Positions 49,124 to 58,295 of a stretch of 64,000 bases of DNA are shown here, one piece after another. The stretch's first letter is position 1. Each line of letters begins with the position of its first letter. Source of the stretch: Polyangiaceae bacterium (lineage in GTDB: Bacteria > Myxococcota_A > Polyangia > Polyangiales > Polyangiaceae); the NCBI GenBank assembly GCA_965222375.1, contig CBDCTZ010000013.1, positions 576,001 through 640,000 of the forward strand. The letters are read 5' to 3'. The position numbers and the translations under genes were made by a program. The notes below the pieces were generated by a model. That model was not told the origin of the DNA. It saw only the letters and a list, made by a program, of their open reading frames with translations, and did not search any database.

Positions 49124-50637
49124 GCAAGAAAGTCGCAGTCTATTGGCCCGGTGACGCGCGCGAAAAGCCGAACGAGGTGGCGATACCCAGCATCGAGGCC
49201 GCGACCCAGCAACTCGAACGTGCCTTGCGAAAGCTCGGCCGCGAGCCCTTCCGCGTCGAAGGCTTCCTGAGCAAACCCCATGAAGCCATCGAGAAGCTCG
49301 GCCCCGTGGACGATCCCATCGTCGGCGTCTTCGTGCATTGGGTCTACGGGCCGCACACAACCGACGGCGTGGTGGGCAAGGAAAACCCACTTCTGCTCGC
49401 GTCCAACTTCAGTGGCAAGTGGCCGGGGCTGGTCGGCTTGTTGAACACGGGTGCGTGTCTGGAGAGCCTGAACCGTAAGCACTCACGGATCTGGACCGAC
49501 TCGGAGGATTGGAGCGCCGACCCCACGTTCATGCAGCGCCTGGATGAGTGGTGTTCGTCGGGAGCCATCACCTACTCGGAAACGGCAATTACCCGGCATG
49601 CGCCGATTGGCAACGACGCGGCCGCCCGCGCTCGCCGCGTGGCGGAGGACATTCGTCGCCGGCGACCCCTGATCATGATGTTCGGGGATACATCCATGGG
49701 GATGATCAATGGCTACTTCGGCCCACAGCGCCTAGCACCCCACGGGTTTTCCGAGCACAAGATCGACCAGGCCTGGCTGATCCATCGCGGCAAAAGCATC
49801 GGCGACAAGCGCATCGACGATGCTTTGAAATTCGTGAAGGACAAGGGCCTGGTGTTTCACTGGGGTGAGGGCGAAGGGACCGACTTTTCGGAAGCCGACA
49901 CCCGGGAGCAGCTCCGGGACTACTTGGTGGCGCTGGATCTCATGGACGAGTACGGCGCTGACTGCCTGGGCTGGCAGTACCAACTCGGCCTGATCCCTCT
50001 GCGTCCTCCATCAGACTTGGCGGAAGGACTGCTCAACTCGGCGTGTCGCCCGGAAAGCAATGGCGAGACCATCGCCACCGCGACCGAAGCAGATCAGGGC
50101 AACGTCGTGCCCATGGAAATGCTGAAGCGCTTGTTGAAGGACAAAGGGCTACACCAGGCGGTGATGTTCCACGACGTGCGCTGGGGCGGGGAGCACGAAG
50201 GTCGCTTCCTATGGGTGCTGCTCAACTCGGGCTCTTGCGGCGCCTACGCCTTCAATCACGATCCCGACACGCTTCAGGGGGCGCATAGCTATCGCCAGCC
50301 CGCCATGTACTTCCCAACGCCCGGCGGCACCCTAGCTGGGGAAAGCCTGCCGGGCGCCATCACCTGGGCGCGAGCCTATTTGAAGGAGGACGTACTCTGG
50401 ATGGACATCGGTCGCGGTGAGGTCGTCAAACTGCCCGCGGACAAGCGAGACGCATGGTGGGAAGGCACCACCCGTCAGTGGCCCTTCATGGCCGCGGACC
50501 TAGGCATCGGCCGCGATACCCTGATGGCCCACTACCTCTCCAACCACGTGGCTGTGGCCTATGGCGACGTCTTCGGTGAGATGGTCGCGCTGAGCCAAGA
50601 ACTCGGCTTTCGCGTACGCGTACTCGAGGAACGATGA
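49120..50637 (+). CDS. L-fucose/D-arabinose isomerase-like protein
   Basis: W.YG.H, NFSGKWPGLVGLLN, SMGM, GWQYQLGL, EADQG, HDVRWG and ITWAR segments resemble the FucI family. Confidence 0.7.
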   Translation: MSKKVAVYWPGDAREKPNEVAIPSIEAATQQLERALRKLGREPFRVEGFLSKPHEAIEKLGPVDDPIVGVFVHWVYGPHTTDGVVGKENPLLLASNFSGKWPGLVGLLNTGACLESLNRKHSRIWTDSEDWSADPTFMQRLDEWCSSGAITYSETAITRHAPIGNDAAARARRVAEDIRRRRPLIMMFGDTSMGMINGYFGPQRLAPHGFSEHKIDQAWLIHRGKSIGDKRIDDALKFVKDKGLVFHWGEGEGTDFSEADTREQLRDYLVALDLMDEYGADCLGWQYQLGLIPLRPPSDLAEGLLNSACRPESNGETIATATEADQGNVVPMEMLKRLLKDKGLHQAVMFHDVRWGGEHEGRFLWVLLNSGSCGAYAFNHDPDTLQGAHSYRQPAMYFPTPGGTLAGESLPGAITWARAYLKEDVLWMDIGRGEVVKLPADKRDAWWEGTTRQWPFMAADLGIGRDTLMAHYLSNHVAVAYGDVFGEMVALSQELGFRVRVLEER

Positions 50638-52292
50638 GGCGCTCCGAAGCGGCCAGCGGGGCGGCGCGCGCCTACCTCGGCGTCGACGTCGGCACTGGAA
50701 GTGTTCGCGCGGGGCTCTTCGACGAGAGAGGCAAGCGCCTGGGCGTCGGCACACGTGAAATTTGCATCTGGCGACCCCAGGAGGACTTCGTCGAGCAATC
50801 TTCGGACGACATTTGGGCCGCCGCTGGCAGCGCGATTCGCGCGGCCTTGGCACAGGCCGCGCTCGGGCCCGAAGCCGTCGCCGGGATCGGCTTCGACGCG
50901 ACTTGCTCGCTGGTAGCCCTCGACGCCGACGACCAGCCCGTCAGCATCAGCCCGACTGGCAAGGCCGAACAGAACGTGATCGTGTGGATGGACCATCGTG
51001 CGATCGAAGAGGCGGACCACATCAACGCGACGAAGCACGAGGTCTTGCGTTACGTCGGCGGTGTGATCTCGCCCGAGATGCAGACGCCGAAGCTGCTCTG
51101 GCTCAAGAAACACTTGCCCCAAGCCTTCAAGGGCGCGGCGCGGTTCTTCGATCTGCCCGACTTCCTCAGCTACCGAGCCACGGGCGTGGACGTGCGCTCC
51201 CTCTGCACGACCGTGTGCAAGTGGACCTACCAAGGCCATGAAGACGCCTGGTCCGATGACTACTTCCGCCGAATTGGGCTTGCGGAGCTCACCGAGGATT
51301 CTCACGCCCGCATCGGCCAGCGAGTTCGCCCCATGGGCGAGCGAGTCGGCGGTCTGACGGACGTCGCCGCGCAACAGCTGGGGCTTTCAGCCGGCACTGC
51401 CGTCGGCGTGGGCATCATCGACGCCCACGCAGGCGGCCTCGGCATGCTCGGTGCGCCCCTCGATGGAGCGCCCGTCGACGAAGCAACCTTGGAGCGGCGG
51501 CTGGCTCTGATCGGCGGCACATCGAGCTGCCACATGGCCGTATCCCGAGAGCCCCGCTATGTGCCCGGTGTCTGGGGCCCATATTTTTCCGCGATGGTGC
51601 CGGGAATGTGGCTGACCGAAGGCGGCCAATCCGCAACCGGCGCTCTGATCGACCACGTGATTCACTCCCATGTGCGCGGGCCACAGCTCGCCGCGAAAGC
51701 GAAATCCAAAAGCACGACGGTGTATGCACTGCTCAACGACGTGGTCGCCGGCCTCGCCGAGGGCGCCGAGCACCCGGCTGCGCTGACCCGGGAGTTGCAC
51801 GTCAATCCCGACTTCCACGGCAATCGCTCCCCACGCGCCGATCCGACCCTGCGCGGAATGATCAGCGGACTGAAACTCACCGACAGCATCGAGTCCTTGG
51901 CGCTAACCTACCTGGCGACAATCCAAGCCGTAGCCCACGGGACCCGCCACATCCTCTCCGCCATGTCCGAGCAGGGCTACGAAACCGACGTTGTCTTTGC
52001 CTGCGGCGGCGACATGAAAAACCCGCTCTTCGTTCGGGAGCACGCCGACATCTGCGGCTGCCGCATTGCCGCGCCGGCCGAGCCAGAAGCAGTATTGCTC
52101 GGCTCGGCGATCCTCGGCGCTGTGGCCAGCGGCGCCCACGGCAGCGTCGTCGCCGCGATGGCAGCGATGAACCGCGCAGGAACGGTGACGCAGCCGAACG
52201 CTGGGGCCGTCCGCAGCTACCACGACAAGAAACATGAGGTGTTCTTGCGCATGCACGAGGACCAGCTCGCCTACCGCAAGCTCATGGGTTGA
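50634..52292 (+). CDS. FGGY-family pentulose kinase (D-ribulokinase-like)
   Basis: GVDVGTGSVR, GFDATCSLV, WMDHRA, SPEMQTPK, IDAHAG, GTSSCH and DFHGNRSP motifs. Confidence 0.92.
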   Translation: MRRSEAASGAARAYLGVDVGTGSVRAGLFDERGKRLGVGTREICIWRPQEDFVEQSSDDIWAAAGSAIRAALAQAALGPEAVAGIGFDATCSLVALDADDQPVSISPTGKAEQNVIVWMDHRAIEEADHINATKHEVLRYVGGVISPEMQTPKLLWLKKHLPQAFKGAARFFDLPDFLSYRATGVDVRSLCTTVCKWTYQGHEDAWSDDYFRRIGLAELTEDSHARIGQRVRPMGERVGGLTDVAAQQLGLSAGTAVGVGIIDAHAGGLGMLGAPLDGAPVDEATLERRLALIGGTSSCHMAVSREPRYVPGVWGPYFSAMVPGMWLTEGGQSATGALIDHVIHSHVRGPQLAAKAKSKSTTVYALLNDVVAGLAEGAEHPAALTRELHVNPDFHGNRSPRADPTLRGMISGLKLTDSIESLALTYLATIQAVAHGTRHILSAMSEQGYETDVVFACGGDMKNPLFVREHADICGCRIAAPAEPEAVLLGSAILGAVASGAHGSVVAAMAAMNRAGTVTQPNAGAVRSYHDKKHEVFLRMHEDQLAYRKLMG

Positions 52293-52293
52293 G

Positions 52294-52342
52294 TCTGGTT
52301 TTTGGGGTCGCATCAATGTACGGAGCTGGTGCCCTACTCTCA
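52294..52342 (+). repeat. Dispersed bipartite element, copy D
   Basis: TCTGGTTTTTG-GGGTCGCATC(52305-52314)-N19-CTACTCTCA(52334-52342). Confidence 0.75.
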
Positions 52343-52506
52343 CTCTTCCACCCCAGTTCCGGTTGAAGGCGTGATTGCGCAGGCGGTCGCGCACGTGTAG
52401 CGCCACCACGATTGTTGCCGAAGCTTTGCGAAAAGTCTCGATGGCGCTGATGGCGTCTTGCGCTGCGCTCCATCACTACCGGTGCTCGCGACAGCAAGGC
52501 GCTGGG

Positions 52507-53466
52507 CTAGCGCCGCTTTGCCGCCCGGCGTTCGGCGCTGAGCAGGTTTGCGATCAACCCGCGCCACTCTTCGCGCTGTCGCTCCCGGCCCATCTTGCCC
52601 ACGACGAATCCCATCGACGCGCCTACGCGGATGATCGAATAGACTTCGGGGCCGTGGGCGAAGACACGGATCTCTCCACCGCCGTCCACGATCCCGTCGA
52701 AGTCGAAGAGCTGGCTTCCAGGCCCAAGCGCGCCCTCGACGTCCGCCTGGCTGGAGCCCACGCGGACGGGGAATTCGATGGCAGGAAGATCTCCGAAGGC
52801 CCACGCGACCGCATCTACGTTTGCCTGATCTGGCTGGGACGGGGGCGAACTGAACAGCATCAGCATGGCGTCCTTCGGCAACCGCGCACCTTTCTTGCAC
52901 GGCGCGAAGAACCAGATCCTTCGCTTTCCGCCCTGAATCGGATCGCTGTCGCAAAGCGAAGCTCCCAACCCTTGCCGCCTCATGAAACTCGCCACGGACT
53001 CTCCCACCCGAGCGCCATCGAAAGCGAAACTCAGCGCAGTCACCACTGCCGCGGATGGCGCTCTGCACAAGGCCGCTCGCGCGCGGGCCGCCAGTAGTTC
53101 AGGGTGCTTGGGCCCGTAGCGAACAGCCAAGACCTGCTCCTCGCGCAGCGCCGACGTGCACTCGTCCGCCGTCGGTCGTGGATCCTCGCAGCCGGTGAGC
53201 GCCGCTTCGACTTCAGCCCGTCGAGGGTGCTTCGGCCCCAACCCGCGGGCTGAAAAGGCCGCGCGTTCGAGGGCCAGCTCCCCGCAGCTCTGGGTTGTCA
53301 CGGGCGCTGGCGGCGCTTTGGGTGTCGGGGGTCGCTGGGATGGGCAGGGCACCGGCGTTTCCACGAACACAACCCGCTGTGTCGGCGTGCACCCGGGCGC
53401 CCCGCACGACAACGTGAAAACTCCGGCCCAGGCGATCGGCGCCAGCCGCGTCACGACCTGGACCAC
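52507..53466 (-). CDS. Hypothetical lipoprotein with two GPKHP helical repeats
   Basis: TLSC lipobox; LGPKHP and YGPKHP; start uncertain. Confidence 0.55.
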   Translation of the reverse strand: MVQVVTRLAPIAWAGVFTLSCGAPGCTPTQRVVFVETPVPCPSQRPPTPKAPPAPVTTQSCGELALERAAFSARGLGPKHPRRAEVEAALTGCEDPRPTADECTSALREEQVLAVRYGPKHPELLAARARAALCRAPSAAVVTALSFAFDGARVGESVASFMRRQGLGASLCDSDPIQGGKRRIWFFAPCKKGARLPKDAMLMLFSSPPSQPDQANVDAVAWAFGDLPAIEFPVRVGSSQADVEGALGPGSQLFDFDGIVDGGGEIRVFAHGPEVYSIIRVGASMGFVVGKMGRERQREEWRGLIANLLSAERRAAKRR

Positions 53467-53473
53467 TGCACCA

Positions 53474-53950
53474 CTAGCACTCAGATGCGCAGTTGCCCTG
53501 AACGCAGGCCACGAGCGCATTGAATGTGCTCTCTCCATTGGGGTTGGGTGAAACGCAGGCGCCGAGGCAGGCCGTATCTGTAGGCGAAGAACATTTCTGT
53601 GCACACCCCAGAATGGCGACGCAATCGGGGTTGTCGGTGCACGCCTTGAGCTCGCTACCGCACTTGGCGCTCATGCAATCGGTGCACGCTGCTCCACCGC
53701 CCGCACTACCCCCGGCTCCACCGCCCGCACTACCTCCGGCTCCACCGCTACCCGCAGTCGCTCCCGAGCCGCCCGTCGCACCGGACCCACCGGTGGCCCC
53801 GGAACCCCCTGTCCCGCCTGAACCGCCGGTTGCCCCGGAGCCTGCAGATCCACTGGAGCCGCCGGTACCCGATCCGCCACCGCTGTCGTCGCCGCAGGCG
53901 AGCAGCATGCCACTCGTGGCGATTAACGCCACCCAGGTCTTCAACTTCAT
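53474..53950 (-). CDS. Small Cys-rich lipoprotein with Gly linker
   Basis: GGAGG SD, LLAC lipobox and CxxCxxxxC helical Cys repeats. Confidence 0.8.
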   Translation of the reverse strand: MKLKTWVALIATSGMLLACGDDSGGGSGTGGSSGSAGSGATGGSGGTGGSGATGGSGATGGSGATAGSGGAGGSAGGGAGGSAGGGAACTDCMSAKCGSELKACTDNPDCVAILGCAQKCSSPTDTACLGACVSPNPNGESTFNALVACVQGNCASEC

Positions 53951-54169
53951 TGGCTCCTCCAAGGACTAGCTTGCCAGCTGGCAGCGCCAGCTAAGCCCCC
54001 AATTGCTACCTTACCGCACTTGTCGATGCCCGCTCTACTAAACCCAGCCACAACGGGGTAGGTCTCCGTGGAGCGCCGATCTCGGCCGACGCGCGACCCA
54101 GTGCCAGATTGGCTATCTGGGCCGCCCGACGGGAACCGCTCGAGAGTACACTCGGCGACACCGTCCGAC

Positions 54170-56560
54170 ATGATGAACCCGAGCGACAGACCACCGCCTG
54201 GCGCCTCCGACAAGCTATGGAGTCGGAAAATCCGCATCAGCGGTGAGGTGGACCGCGGCGGGATGTCGTACGTGCTCAAGGGCACCGACACGAAGCTCAA
54301 CCGCGAGCTGGCGCTGAAAGTGTCGCCCGCGCCACGAAACCAGCTACCGACCGAGCAGCTCGCCCGGTTCATCGAAGAGGCGCAGATCACCGCTCAGCTC
54401 GAGCACCCCAACGTCGTACCAGTGCACGAGATTGGCCTGGACCCGGAGGGCCGTGTCTATTTTTCGATGAAGCTGGTCCGCGGTCGCTCCCTCGAGTCGA
54501 TTCTTCAGAGCCGCCGTGAGGGCGACGCCGATACGCTTGCCGAGTTTGGGTTGCGCAAGCTGCTCGACGTCTTTTTGCACGCCTGCCAAGCGATTGAGTA
54601 TGCGCACGCGCGAGGGGTGATCCATCGCGATATCAAGCCGGCCAACATCATGGTCGGCGGCTTCGGCGAGGTGTTGGTGATGGATTGGGGCATCGCCAAG
54701 GTCGCCGGCGGTGTCGAGCACACGGGCATCGAAGGCGTGACGGTGGAACCATCCTATACGGAAAAGGGCAGCATTCCTCCGCCGCCTGCCGACGTCTCGT
54801 CGATTCGCTCCGGGAAGGCCCACCTCGCAACGAAAATGGGCGAACTGATCGGGACTCCGGTGTACATGTCGCCCGAGCAAGCCGCGGGCGCAGTGGTCGA
54901 TGAAAGCGCTGATGTCTATGCGCTGGGCGTGATCCTCTATGAAATCCTCTGCGGCGAGCTGCCCTTCAATGACGCCGACACGCGGGTACTGCTGTCGAAA
55001 ATCCTAAGCGTCAACCCGAAGTCGCCATCCGAGCTCAACCCAGCCACTCCGCCGGCTCTCGAGGCGTTGGCGCTGCGACTTTTGGAAAAAGATCGGGAAC
55101 GGCGCCTGTCGATCCCGGAGATCCGCGATCACATCCAGAACTACATCGAAGGAATCGAGCGCGACTACCGACGTGAGAGCCTGTGGAGCAACGTGCTGTG
55201 GGTGGTCGGCGGCGTGGCGTTGTTCGCGTTTCTGGTGTGGTACGTCACCGGTCAGTCGATCACCGCACTGTTCGTGTTGGCGCCGACCACGGTGTTCAAC
55301 TCACTGGGTTGGTACCTAGTGGTGCTCGGAGCTCAGTACCCCTTGTGGGCGTCGTGGGTCAGCCTGAAGCGCTCGCGTGCTGAGCCCGACCCGTTCCTGC
55401 CGGCCAGCTCCAGCGACCAATTCGTGTTGGGCTACCTCGCGCACCGCACATTGGCGACGGCAATCGCGCCACTGTTTCAGCTGTTCTTCATCGTCGAACT
55501 CTTGGGCATGACGGTGGCCCAAGTCTCCCGGGGCGCAGCGCTTTCCAGCAACATGATGGATCGAATGATGAACGAGCTTCGCGCCGAGTGGGGCCGCGCG
55601 TTGATCGTGATCCTGCTGTTTCTATTTGGCTACCTCTTTCTGCTTTCACGCCAGGTTCGTTTCGCGCGCCGGCTCGACCGCTACGAGACTCTGGTACGCC
55701 GTTCGAAGTGGGAAGCTGTGTGGCCGATCTTCCTGATTGCGATCTTGCTCGGGACGATTGTGCTGACGGACGTGCTCGGCTCGCTGGTGGTCACGGGCGT
55801 TCGTCCGGGTGCGTACATACGCCATGTGGTCACCCAACCGATCAGCGTGTTGGAAGTAGCCAAGACCTTCGTCCTCCAGGGGACTTTCCTTCTGGGGCTG
55901 GTCTTTACGATGGTATTGCTCGCGTTCCCATTTCCCGAGCTGCTGGCTGCTTTGCGGCTACCGTATCAACCCGCCGACCAAGCGGCGGTGCGCGGACGGG
56001 CGCAGTACTTTCTGCGCTCGTTGGCGGTTTTCCGCGTCACCCGCGTCAACTGGCTTTATGGGGGCGCGATGATGGGTTGCTTGACCGCGCTAGTGGGACT
56101 GTCAGGCAATTCCGAGAGCCCGCTGCTGCAACGGACGCTCGCAGTGCTCGGGCCGTCGCTGATCGGTTTCGTCGGCTACCTGTTGACACGGCGTCAGTTG
56201 ACTCGGCTGCTGCGGGATTCACCGGCGGTTGCACGCTTGCTCGATCGCCAAGCTTCGCTGGGGCGGCTCGAGCGGCTCGAGGCGCGTGTGGAGCAGATCT
56301 CCCAAGCGCCGATCCGCTGGCGCTTGATCTCGCTGCTGGTGCCGTTCGCCTGCATCGCCGGGCTGCTGGTGATCACCGGAAGCGGCTTTCATCAACGGGC
56401 GATCGGACAGCTCATCCTGCCCGGCACCTTCGAAGGCTGGCTGTTGATTTTGCCTTACGTTCTGTTGGTGCCGATGATCTTGGCAGGCGACTTTCTGTTG
56501 ATGCGACGCGCCCGAAGCAAGCTCCCACACAGCCGACGTGGCGTTCCGCTCCGCGAGTGA
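54170..56560 (+). CDS. Ser/Thr protein kinase fused to a polytopic (~10 TM) membrane domain
   Basis: RGGM, ALKV, LEHPNVV, HRDIKPAN, DWG and GTPVYMSPEQ motifs, then many hydrophobic segments. Confidence 0.88.
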   Translation: MMNPSDRPPPGASDKLWSRKIRISGEVDRGGMSYVLKGTDTKLNRELALKVSPAPRNQLPTEQLARFIEEAQITAQLEHPNVVPVHEIGLDPEGRVYFSMKLVRGRSLESILQSRREGDADTLAEFGLRKLLDVFLHACQAIEYAHARGVIHRDIKPANIMVGGFGEVLVMDWGIAKVAGGVEHTGIEGVTVEPSYTEKGSIPPPPADVSSIRSGKAHLATKMGELIGTPVYMSPEQAAGAVVDESADVYALGVILYEILCGELPFNDADTRVLLSKILSVNPKSPSELNPATPPALEALALRLLEKDRERRLSIPEIRDHIQNYIEGIERDYRRESLWSNVLWVVGGVALFAFLVWYVTGQSITALFVLAPTTVFNSLGWYLVVLGAQYPLWASWVSLKRSRAEPDPFLPASSSDQFVLGYLAHRTLATAIAPLFQLFFIVELLGMTVAQVSRGAALSSNMMDRMMNELRAEWGRALIVILLFLFGYLFLLSRQVRFARRLDRYETLVRRSKWEAVWPIFLIAILLGTIVLTDVLGSLVVTGVRPGAYIRHVVTQPISVLEVAKTFVLQGTFLLGLVFTMVLLAFPFPELLAALRLPYQPADQAAVRGRAQYFLRSLAVFRVTRVNWLYGGAMMGCLTALVGLSGNSESPLLQRTLAVLGPSLIGFVGYLLTRRQLTRLLRDSPAVARLLDRQASLGRLERLEARVEQISQAPIRWRLISLLVPFACIAGLLVITGSGFHQRAIGQLILPGTFEGWLLILPYVLLVPMILAGDFLLMRRARSKLPHSRRGVPLRE

Positions 56561-56596
56561 CTTCCCTAATCTCGTCGGGGCGCAGCTGGGCCGTTT

Positions 56597-56618
56597 TCCT
56601 ACTGACATCCTACTGACA
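56597..56618. repeat. Perfect 11-bp tandem direct repeat (TCCTACTGACA x2)
   Basis: Seen directly, between convergent genes. Confidence 0.85.
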
Positions 56619-56686
56619 TTTGCGATTCGCGCCGGAAAGCGGCCCAGGGTCGAAGCCGAGGGTCACTGCCCCTGCGTGAGGCGGTT

Positions 56687-56736
56687 CGAGATTAGCGACC
56701 CCGACCGCCCCAGTGATGCGACCCAAACCAACCAGA
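56687..56736 (-). repeat. Dispersed bipartite element, copy B
   Basis: Plus strand CGAGATTAG(56687-56695)-N19-GATGCGACCCAAACCAACCAGA(56715-56736). Confidence 0.75.
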
Positions 56737-56771
56737 CGCGAAGAACGAAATCGCCGTCGCTCTTGCACGAC

Positions 56772-58163
56772 TCAGGGATCGCAGCAGCGGAAGCCCACGT
56801 CGTCGGGCGTGGCGTTGCGGGCGGCCATGCGACTGGCAGCGCAGGTCACGGCGGCTTCACCGTCCAACCAACTACCGCCACGAATGCGACAGGTATCCGC
56901 TGGGCCGGAGGCTCCACTGCACGAATCCTCCCACTCGGCGACGTTGCCGCTCATGTCAAACAACCCGGGGGCCGCTCCCTGGCAATCCTGTGGTGGAGTC
57001 GACGGCAGTGGCGTCTTTCTCTCTTTCCGGCTGCCAGGATAGGGCGCAGGCAGAAGTGTGCCACCAGATGAGAACGTAAAACTGAAGTTAGTACCAATGC
57101 ATCTCTTTGGTTCATAGGTAAGCCCGTACGGGAACTTATTGGCACCCGCTGAGCAGCCGTTGTGCCACTGGCTGACGGTGTGCTTGTTGAAGTCCCCTTG
57201 CGGCACGGTACCACCACCGATCTTGCCGCACAGGCGCTTGCCCGCCCATTTGCAATACGCGACGGCATCACACCAGTCCACGTTTCTGACCGGAAACTCC
57301 TCGAATCCTGCCTGTGCAGGCCAGTTCTTCGGCGGCGTGTAGGACTTGTTCCACTGACACTCGGGGATCTGCTGGTTGGTGGGCGGGTTGGCCTGCCAGA
57401 ATTTGGTGTAGTCCGCGTAGCTGACTTCGTACTCGTCGATGCAGTACGCGCCGCCGCCGGTCGCCGGCGCAATCACCATGCCCACCGCGCACTGACATTG
57501 TTTCTTGACGCAGTTGTTCGAAGCACAATCGAAGTTGCCAACGCAACCCGCCCCAAGAGCACAGTCGGCCGGGCAAGTGCCGCCGCAATCCGTGTCAGTC
57601 TCGATGCCGTTCTTGACGTTGTCACCGCAGCTGGGCTCTTGACAGATTTTCGAGCTGCAGACCGCGCTCTTGCAATCGCTCGGGCCCTCACAGGCCAGGT
57701 TGTCGTCGCAGGGGCCACAGTTCAATCCACCGCAATCCTTGTCGGTCTCGCTGCCGTTCTTGACGCTGTCCACGCAGGTCGGGCCTTTACATGTCTTGGC
57801 GAGGAGGTCACAGACGCCCTCGGCGCAATCGCTGCCCTGCTGGCACTTCTTGTCCTGCGCGCACCCCAGGCAGCTGCCGCCGCAATCCACGTCTGTCTCG
57901 TCACCGTCTTGGGCGCCGTTGCTGCAGTGCCCAGCAACGTCCACGGCTGCATCGGCGCCACCTTCCGTGGCCCCATCCGTCGTGGCGTCGCTGCCAGCGT
58001 CAACGCCGCCGCCTCCGGTACCGCCCGTCACACCGACCCCGCCCGTGGCGCCAGTCCCCGGGGGTGCTGTTCCAGGGCGGGAATCGTCGCCACCGCAGGC
58101 AGCCGCAATGAGGCCGATGCTCGAGCACAGACCAAGGAAGCGAAGAATCGAAGAAGGAGTCAT
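56772..58163 (-). CDS. Cys-rich (ETDxDCGG repeats) + FGE-sulfatase domain lipoprotein
   Basis: AAAC lipobox; three ETDxDCGG repeats; IDEYEVS, VDWCDA, DMSGNVAEW and GFRCC motifs. Confidence 0.85.
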   Translation of the reverse strand: MTPSSILRFLGLCSSIGLIAAACGGDDSRPGTAPPGTGATGGVGVTGGTGGGGVDAGSDATTDGATEGGADAAVDVAGHCSNGAQDGDETDVDCGGSCLGCAQDKKCQQGSDCAEGVCDLLAKTCKGPTCVDSVKNGSETDKDCGGLNCGPCDDNLACEGPSDCKSAVCSSKICQEPSCGDNVKNGIETDTDCGGTCPADCALGAGCVGNFDCASNNCVKKQCQCAVGMVIAPATGGGAYCIDEYEVSYADYTKFWQANPPTNQQIPECQWNKSYTPPKNWPAQAGFEEFPVRNVDWCDAVAYCKWAGKRLCGKIGGGTVPQGDFNKHTVSQWHNGCSAGANKFPYGLTYEPKRCIGTNFSFTFSSGGTLLPAPYPGSRKERKTPLPSTPPQDCQGAAPGLFDMSGNVAEWEDSCSGASGPADTCRIRGGSWLDGEAAVTCAASRMAARNATPDDVGFRCCDP

Positions 58164-58295
58164 GCGAAACACCTCGTGCATGCGCCAATGCGCGATGCCT
58201 CTAGAGTAGCGCGAATCGCCCAAGCAAGGAAATCCGCGGAGATTTCCAGGGCCGACACGGGTCACCCCCAGTCCAAGCGCCGCCGTCGCCCAGCG

